Source: a virus (taxonomy: Duplodnaviria; Caudoviricetes). Taken from it: a DNA stretch of 64,000 bases. Each line of letters starts with the position of its first letter. Positions within the stretch are counted from its first letter, which is position 1. A model generated the notes under the pieces. That model saw nothing but the letters and a program-made list of their open reading frames with translations. It was not told where the DNA came from and did no database searches. The stretch spans positions 1-64,000 of IMG/VR virus record IMGVR_UViG_3300021958_000042. The stretch is one strand, 5' to 3'. Shown piece by piece: positions 57,669-64,000 of the stretch. Made by a program: the position numbers and the translations under genes.

Positions 57669-58832
57669 TTAAAATTGTACATATGCACAAACATCACCAG
57701 AACTTCTAATTGCATTATTCTGAGAACCATTGACTTCCAAATCTCCACCATTGATAGATAGTGTTCCTGTCATTGTATCTCCACTTCTTCTAACAAATGG
57801 AGTCGAATCTGCGCCGGCAAGCAATGGAGCTAGTAATGAATATAAAGAATTTATCGCTGCAACAATATTAGAAATATCTCCAATATTACCGTCTAGTGCT
57901 GATAAATTACCAATGGTTACTTTATCTTCTTTAGTTGCAATGTCCGTCACTAGTGTTGCAATTTGTGTATCGATATCAGTTTCTAATTTAGAATCCAAAG
58001 ATTTTATTTTATCATCCAACAATTTAATATTGTATCTAACTTCAGTACCAACGGCATAATCATTTGCCAAGTCTGCGGCAAGAATACCCTGAGAATTTAA
58101 TCCCACTGAATCTAAAATATTTTCAACTTTTGTATTGATAGCATCAATAGAATTTACATTTACAACAATATTATCGCTGTTTACTTTTACTTGGCTATCT
58201 AATTCAATAAGATTTGTTTTTACGGCAGCATTCCCATTGGTTGCTGACATATAATTTACATTATCTCCATTATAATTAAATGTACCATTTGCATTAGTTC
58301 CGATAGTAGCTCTAAGAGTATCTACCATGTCGGATTCATCTTTTAAGCCAGTGTCTAAAGCGTTTAATGCTTGCATCACTGTACTTGATGTGTTGATATA
58401 AGTTGCTCCAGTTGGAAAAGAGACCGTTCCGTTTGCTGCAAATCCTAATGTTGTTTGTGTTAAATCTAATTCTGATTGTAACGCATTGTCTTTAGTCAAT
58501 CTAATTAATGCTTCAGCAGCTACTGCATCTGTAGTATATTTTTCGTGATATGCTACCGCAGCGTTCAAAGTATCTACGATGGTAGATCTTATAATCTTAC
58601 CATCAATTTCTGTCATTGGCCCAATATTTGCAGTATTGGTATCTGCATGAGTATCTACTTCATTGATTGCATCTACTATTGTTGATTGTCCGTCAGTGTT
58701 AAGAAAATTCAAATTTCCTACATTCTGGGCAGCTGCCTCAGTATGTGCAATCATAGAGTTGGTTTTAACTCTCCACTCTTCGAATGTATCTGTTTGTATT
58801 ACACTGACAAGTGTTGGATATTCTACTGCCAT
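57669..58832 (-). CDS. Fibritin/whisker-like coiled-coil fibre protein
   Basis: N-terminal TDTFEEWRVKTN motif typical of T4-like neck/fibre proteins; heptad-rich helices broken by G(F/T/L)NxNG loops; C-terminal FVRRSGDTMTGTL fibre motif. Confidence 0.6.
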   Translation of the reverse strand: MAVEYPTLVSVIQTDTFEEWRVKTNSMIAHTEAAAQNVGNLNFLNTDGQSTIVDAINEVDTHADTNTANIGPMTEIDGKIIRSTIVDTLNAAVAYHEKYTTDAVAAEALIRLTKDNALQSELDLTQTTLGFAANGTVSFPTGATYINTSSTVMQALNALDTGLKDESDMVDTLRATIGTNANGTFNYNGDNVNYMSATNGNAAVKTNLIELDSQVKVNSDNIVVNVNSIDAINTKVENILDSVGLNSQGILAADLANDYAVGTEVRYNIKLLDDKIKSLDSKLETDIDTQIATLVTDIATKEDKVTIGNLSALDGNIGDISNIVAAINSLYSLLAPLLAGADSTPFVRRSGDTMTGTLSINGGDLEVNGSQNNAIRSSGDVCAYVQF

Positions 58833-59039
58833 TTAAATTCTCTCCAATATTATGTTTAATATTTTTTTAATCTCATCCATTTCAGATTTCAGGTCTTTTA
58901 TTTCTTCATCTCTTCTTTTGATAGAATGCATTTTATTCATATGATCTCTGTATGCATTATTATCAGTATTTATTATAGCCTTCGAATGCATATCTCTCTG
59001 TAATGTTTTATTTTCTTTTACAATATGTCTGTTTGTCAT
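58833..59039 (-). CDS. Conserved-type small hypothetical protein of T4-like phages (68 aa)
   Basis: L.RD..S.AIINTD..AY motif and C-terminal coiled coil; abuts both neighbours (TAG-ATG and TAA-ATG); recalled as the small gene that typically follows VrlC-like genes in marine T4-like phages. Confidence 0.65.
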   Translation of the reverse strand: MTNRHIVKENKTLQRDMHSKAIINTDNNAYRDHMNKMHSIKRRDEEIKDLKSEMDEIKKILNIILERI

Positions 59040-62000
59040 CTAACTCGCCAATGCAATCACTCTAAAATCTTTTACTTTTGGTACAATAGAAGAATTATTT
59101 GTTTTCAAAACAATTTTGATAGAAACGGATGTAAATTCTGACAATCCTCTCAAATCAAAATCAAACTCTTTATAATCTTCTGGGCCAGTTGAAGCAATGT
59201 TATATGCAGCAGGGCGACTCATTAATGTATATGAAAGTTTAGAAAATAATTGATCTTCTGATGTTTTCACTCTATAATAAAAGTCAACATCACAACCATC
59301 CTGTCTATTCACTGATGCTAATACTCTCAGAGATGTTGCTGGTTGGTCTAATGTGACTTCTCTTGTCATATATTTAGTCGCAACAGAACCACCAGCTGCA
59401 GAAGTTTCATCAACAAATCCAGTATTAACATGTCCAATAACTCCATCTGCTACATTAGCAGGACTATTAGTTTGATTTGATATCAAGATTGCGCTCATAC
59501 GTTGAGTGTCAATAATAGGAGATAAGTTGTCAACTTCTGTTCTCATTCCCACTCTAAATACCAAAGATTTCTTATCTATAGGTGAAGAATCTGTATTAAA
59601 TTCGTTTTCATTAAAGTATGTTGCAACCATCTTTGGGGATGTCAATTCATAATTTGTATTTGGAACAAATCCAGAATAAATTGGATCTTTTATGCCAGGA
59701 ACTTGAGTAGAGTCTTGTGATGTTCCACTCAATCCTCTCATACCGAATGTCATCGAAGTTTTTGGTAATTCGATATTTTGTATAATCGGTTTGATTAAAT
59801 CATACTTAAAGTTTGAAGAAACTGTTGGAGGCGATGCAGTATTAGATTTTGGACTGAATAAATCATCCGTAGTTGGCAAAACACTACCATTATATGCAAC
59901 TTGAGATGTAGAACTACCAATTGGATAAAAAGGATTTCTCAAATCAATTGTAAAACTATTATATGTTGTATCTGTAACCAAATGCGTTCCATTGAATGAT
60001 TCTGAAGGAAATACTCCATAGGTTCCAAAGAAATTTTTCAAAGTAACATAATTATATCCATTTGATTGCCAAAATTTAGTTGCAACCATGCCGCCGCTAT
60101 CTGATATAGAAAATGTTACTTTCGTTTCTCCGTTGAAAACTTTTAAAGAGTTTCTATTGAGCTTTTCTGCCCATAGATCATTTCCATTATCATCTCTTTC
60201 GCTATTTTGTAGATAGATTTCTGCTTGAGTATTCGTATCAAACTTTGCTCGCGAAACTCTAAACTTCAAATCTTCCATTTGATCGGCAGTCCATGTAGAT
60301 GCGTTCTGAGACTTAAAGAAGACGCCCGCATATGGCTGTTGTGATATCTTACCACTACCGTCTAGAGAATCTTCTCCCATTCTTGCTACATGACATCTAT
60401 ATCCCTGCGTGTCTGCCATAATTACGATACAATATTCTGTCTCATCTTGTACATATATCGGCGATGGGAAAACAAAAGATGTTGGAAGAGTACCATCATC
60501 AGAAACCGCAGCGTTTTCTGGATACACAATAGACTGTCCTAATATTTTCGGGCCAGGATATCCATTAACAGTTTGTCTTATCTGAACTGTTACTGGTTTT
60601 GTGGCATCTTTTGTTGAGAAAAATAATTCGACTGCAGTAATAAAACATCCACCATCTTGATTGATCATGATAGTTTGTGCAAGAGGATCATACCAACCGC
60701 CTGCAGTAACTGTAGTGTTTATACTTGTATCTGTAATTGCCTCAGAATCACTAACCTCTCTAGTAGAGAAGTCTGGAAGTCTAGTGAGAATAATTTGATC
60801 TGCAACCGTTTCGATTGTGCCAGACGCAACATAAGTTGTCTGAGCTTCAGTATCGGTGTCCTGTGAATTATTAGGCTGGTCAGACATCTTAAAGATTCTT
60901 TCACCAGTTTTGAATTTAATATTGTCTGAATTTGGAATAGAGAAAATACCAGAAACAAATCCAGAAGAGTCTGAAATTATAGAATCGCTTCCAGAAACAA
61001 TCCCTGAAGCTTTCCATGTTCCAATATTTCTACTTCTTTCACCAGTTCCCTGATCTGGGTCTGGATATACAATAAATATAGTCTCTCCTTCAGAAAACCC
61101 AAGAGAATCTGCATCCGTCTGCAAATGCAATCGCAAACTTCTGGCAGCAAGATAATTTATATCATAAATTCTTGCCTCAGTATTAGTTGTTCCGCCGCGG
61201 ATAAACACTTGCCCCAGATTATCTCTAACCAAACTTGGATTTTCTCTTCTCCATGTTGCAGTTGCAGCTGGAGTATCGGTGGTAGTAAGTTTTACGGTTG
61301 TTTTACAAAACTCAGAAACATCTACTCCATCAAAATATTGATATAGTTTTGTGTTTGGTTTTAATTTCTCTCCACTGAAATATACATCTCTGGCTCTGAT
61401 AAACGGTATAATTTCTGTGCTTACAGTCCTAGTTCCAACACTCTCTCTATCATCTCGCATAGAAACTAATTGCTCTGTACCAGTTCTAGTTTTTTGTCCT
61501 GTCAGAGTAGTTGTAGTGATAGTTGTAGTTTCTTGTCTCACCAAACCAGCAGAGGCAACAATTGGAGTAACAACACTTGCAGTAGCGTTACTTCTATTTA
61601 CTCTTCTAGTAGAAGCTGTAGAAGAATCATCTCTACCTGTCCAATTTTCTTCCCAACCATTCCACATGGTTCCCATTACACCATCTTCTGGCAAAAGGGC
61701 TCCAAAGATATTATCATATTGTTCTCTTCTATCTGTAACAATATCTGGGGCCTGCTTTGTTTCTTTCCATTCGTCGGTTGAAGGGAACATAGAAATGCTT
61801 CCTCTAAATGTGAAGATTGCGAATGGGTTAACATTCACTGTTTTAGAAGATTTTTCTTGAGTAATTAAATATTCGCTAGTATATGGCAAATGGATTTTTT
61901 GTTCTTTGATAGCATAACCACTAGAGCTTCTTGCATCTAATGTCATATTTACCAATTTTTCTGAGAAGAATGGACGTAGAACACCTTCAGTTTTACTGAT

Positions 62001-64000
62001 AGAGACTTTGTAATCTGGGTCAAATACATTACCAACTGTATGGTCTACAAACCTATCTACGATAAATCCATTTTTAAATCTATCGTTTCCATTTTCATCC
62101 CTTACTGCCAAATCCATTGTATCTTTTTCTAGCATATTCAGAGATGTATAGTATTCTAGATTTTCAATTCTTTTTTCTAACTTACCGATATCACGCATTG
62201 TATATCGTTTATTATCGCGCATCTTAGTTGCAACTGCCTTGGGCCCGACAGTATACGGATCAGATTCTAATTCATATAATACCATACCCTCTGATGGATC
62301 TTCAGGCATCGATGGATTTTCTGCTGGTGAACCATATTTCAATCTAACTCTTCCAAGCTTGTCCATGAATAGTTTATCTTTTCTCGCAAGGTAAACTCTG
62401 AGATCAGCACTCACTGCAGTACCATCAATTGGATAATCCGTTGCTGAGGAAACCATACCTCTTCCAAATGGATATCCTGTAGTTTGTATATAGCTGGCAA
62501 CAGGACGGAAATCTAAGACATCTGAAAGTCTATCAGAACCATAATATCCAATACTTGCATATCCATCAACATATGAGTCTACAGATGCATAATCTCCAAC
62601 TCCATGGTTATAATATGAATATATTGCTATTGGTCTACCACCACAAGGAAGACTTCCTGGCTTCAGATCCAATTCGCCCAATTGAATGATAGATGGTTTT
62701 TGTCCATCGAATAGATCATATCTGTCTGTGATATCATTGAGTTTAACAGGAACTTCTGTAGGATTTGTAATCAAATTTCCATTAGTCCAAGCATTATTGA
62801 TTTCTGTAGTAAATGGATTTTGAATTCCGTCAACAACAAGCAATAATGCCAATTCCGTAAGAGAAGTTGTGACAGAGTTGTCTAAATTTATATTAAATGG
62901 AGACTGTCCAGTTTGTTCATAAAATTCATACGCCTTAAATGCAAATTCAAAATCTGCTGCAGTCATCTCATGAATGAATTTTTTGTTATCTGAGACAACT
63001 CCAGTTCTATATGCAACATTATTTACATTACATGTGTCATATAATTTTATCAACTCTCTAACATCTGCGTTCTGTAGTTGCAAATTAGATAAACTCATAC
63101 TAACATCGCTATTTGCTCCAACAGAAAAACTAGGATTGACAGTTCCAGTGGATGCGCTACTATTGACTCCCAATACATCTGCATCATATGAACTGGCTGT
63201 GTCATTAACGGCACCAACAGTATTATCATAATTGGCAGAATTGATTGCAGAACCTTCGATTCCAATAAGACTTAATGGAAGTTCGATATAATTTTTTACT
63301 AGAGTTTTTGTTTTTTCTTTTGCATTAGTCTTTTTCATGGGAACTAGTGCAGTAAATCCAGAAGTAATAGCACCAGTACCTGTTACATCAAAAGAAACCG
63401 TTCTCAAGTCTGCAGCAAACGATAGGTTTTGTATGTATCCAACAAGTCCAGCAGTATCGCTTGAATTTGCACTAGAAAATATGCTATACAGTGCTGGAAT
63501 ATTTTCAAAATATGTATCTGCCTCTGTGGCAATTAGAGTAACAGTACCAGCAGGAAATGAAACTGAATTGAATTGCTTCATCACAGAATATTGAGTGTCA
63601 ATTGATGAAACACCTGTCAATTCATTTATGTTTCTTGCAGTCCGTACCCATTTTTTTCCAGTATCAACTAAACTAGATCCGCTAGTGTTATGTAAAACAG
63701 ATTTACTAAAAATTCTGGCAAGGACATTTCCAGTATCGGCCGTTTGAGAATTATTCCATGAAGCTGCATTTGTAGTTGAAGTATCCGTAGAAGGTATTGC
63801 CTCGCTGATTAGTTCATTTGTTGTAAATGAGGCGGATGGTAATACTCCAGAACCTTCTGCTCCGGCAGTAATATTTCCAGAGTTTAAAGGTTTTATCAGC
63901 ATGGTATTGGTTATATTATTGTGGTAATAATTAATACCTCTAAAGTTTACATTATATCTGTCGAATATTAAACTCTTAGGAGTAAATCCACCCTGCACTT
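59040..64000 (-). CDS. VrlC-like / DUF4815 large virion structural protein, 5'-truncated by the window edge
   Basis: Motifs KRYTMRDIGKLEKRIENLEYYTSL, RFKNGFIVDRF, VNVNPFAIF, DPLAQT, ASTWTADQ.EDLKF and the C-terminal KY.TR.V.L...ATSL.V...DFKVI match this family. The track's start at 63998 is only a GTG at the edge. Confidence 0.85.
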   Translation of the reverse strand, partial: VQGGFTPKSLIFDRYNVNFRGINYYHNNITNTMLIKPLNSGNITAGAEGSGVLPSASFTTNELISEAIPSTDTSTTNAASWNNSQTADTGNVLARIFSKSVLHNTSGSSLVDTGKKWVRTARNINELTGVSSIDTQYSVMKQFNSVSFPAGTVTLIATEADTYFENIPALYSIFSSANSSDTAGLVGYIQNLSFAADLRTVSFDVTGTGAITSGFTALVPMKKTNAKEKTKTLVKNYIELPLSLIGIEGSAINSANYDNTVGAVNDTASSYDADVLGVNSSASTGTVNPSFSVGANSDVSMSLSNLQLQNADVRELIKLYDTCNVNNVAYRTGVVSDNKKFIHEMTAADFEFAFKAYEFYEQTGQSPFNINLDNSVTTSLTELALLLVVDGIQNPFTTEINNAWTNGNLITNPTEVPVKLNDITDRYDLFDGQKPSIIQLGELDLKPGSLPCGGRPIAIYSYYNHGVGDYASVDSYVDGYASIGYYGSDRLSDVLDFRPVASYIQTTGYPFGRGMVSSATDYPIDGTAVSADLRVYLARKDKLFMDKLGRVRLKYGSPAENPSMPEDPSEGMVLYELESDPYTVGPKAVATKMRDNKRYTMRDIGKLEKRIENLEYYTSLNMLEKDTMDLAVRDENGNDRFKNGFIVDRFVDHTVGNVFDPDYKVSISKTEGVLRPFFSEKLVNMTLDARSSSGYAIKEQKIHLPYTSEYLITQEKSSKTVNVNPFAIFTFRGSISMFPSTDEWKETKQAPDIVTDRREQYDNIFGALLPEDGVMGTMWNGWEENWTGRDDSSTASTRRVNRSNATASVVTPIVASAGLVRQETTTITTTTLTGQKTRTGTEQLVSMRDDRESVGTRTVSTEIIPFIRARDVYFSGEKLKPNTKLYQYFDGVDVSEFCKTTVKLTTTDTPAATATWRRENPSLVRDNLGQVFIRGGTTNTEARIYDINYLAARSLRLHLQTDADSLGFSEGETIFIVYPDPDQGTGERSRNIGTWKASGIVSGSDSIISDSSGFVSGIFSIPNSDNIKFKTGERIFKMSDQPNNSQDTDTEAQTTYVASGTIETVADQIILTRLPDFSTREVSDSEAITDTSINTTVTAGGWYDPLAQTIMINQDGGCFITAVELFFSTKDATKPVTVQIRQTVNGYPGPKILGQSIVYPENAAVSDDGTLPTSFVFPSPIYVQDETEYCIVIMADTQGYRCHVARMGEDSLDGSGKISQQPYAGVFFKSQNASTWTADQMEDLKFRVSRAKFDTNTQAEIYLQNSERDDNGNDLWAEKLNRNSLKVFNGETKVTFSISDSGGMVATKFWQSNGYNYVTLKNFFGTYGVFPSESFNGTHLVTDTTYNSFTIDLRNPFYPIGSSTSQVAYNGSVLPTTDDLFSPKSNTASPPTVSSNFKYDLIKPIIQNIELPKTSMTFGMRGLSGTSQDSTQVPGIKDPIYSGFVPNTNYELTSPKMVATYFNENEFNTDSSPIDKKSLVFRVGMRTEVDNLSPIIDTQRMSAILISNQTNSPANVADGVIGHVNTGFVDETSAAGGSVATKYMTREVTLDQPATSLRVLASVNRQDGCDVDFYYRVKTSEDQLFSKLSYTLMSRPAAYNIASTGPEDYKEFDFDLRGLSEFTSVSIKIVLKTNNSSIVPKVKDFRVIALAS

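Noticed and set aside
1-64000. Stop-codon reassignment, tRNA/rRNA genes, integrase, transposase or homing endonuclease
   Set aside because: Standard-code ORFs tile the minus strand almost completely and end in TAA, TAG and TGA; intergenic gaps are under ~80 nt, and no such motifs were seen.

Overview
The whole 64 kb reads as one segment of the late, virion-structural region of a large T4-superfamily (myovirus-like) bacteriophage. The domain repertoire resembles marine T4-like phages; this is inference, as no host marker is present. All ~25 credible genes lie on the minus strand, tightly packed, in the standard genetic code (TAA, TAG and TGA all end genes). Five perfect T4-type late promoter boxes (TATAAATA) sit at or in intergenic gaps. 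Recognisable families are a PAAR/gp5.4-like spike tip, a VrlC/DUF4815-like structural protein (cut by the right edge), LamG, fibrinogen-like and PKD fibre domains, and a 2970-aa long tail fibre. No capsid, sheath, portal, replication, tRNA, CRISPR or mobile-element gene is visible. The most unusual content is: (i) a 2325-aa hyper-acidic protein built on a 14-residue repeat that is still expanding in 42/84-nt steps; (ii) two syntenic, duplicated four-gene fibre-tip cassettes, each headed by a fibre with an amicyanin-type H...C-x2-H-x2-M copper-site motif; (iii) four large paralogues sharing a split conserved scaffold with different inserts; (iv) a shared N-terminal 'FPxSP' module suggesting a branched, modular fibre; and (v) a Gly-rich adhesin ending in a CFI-box-like domain. 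All product calls come from motif recognition by eye; no database search was run.
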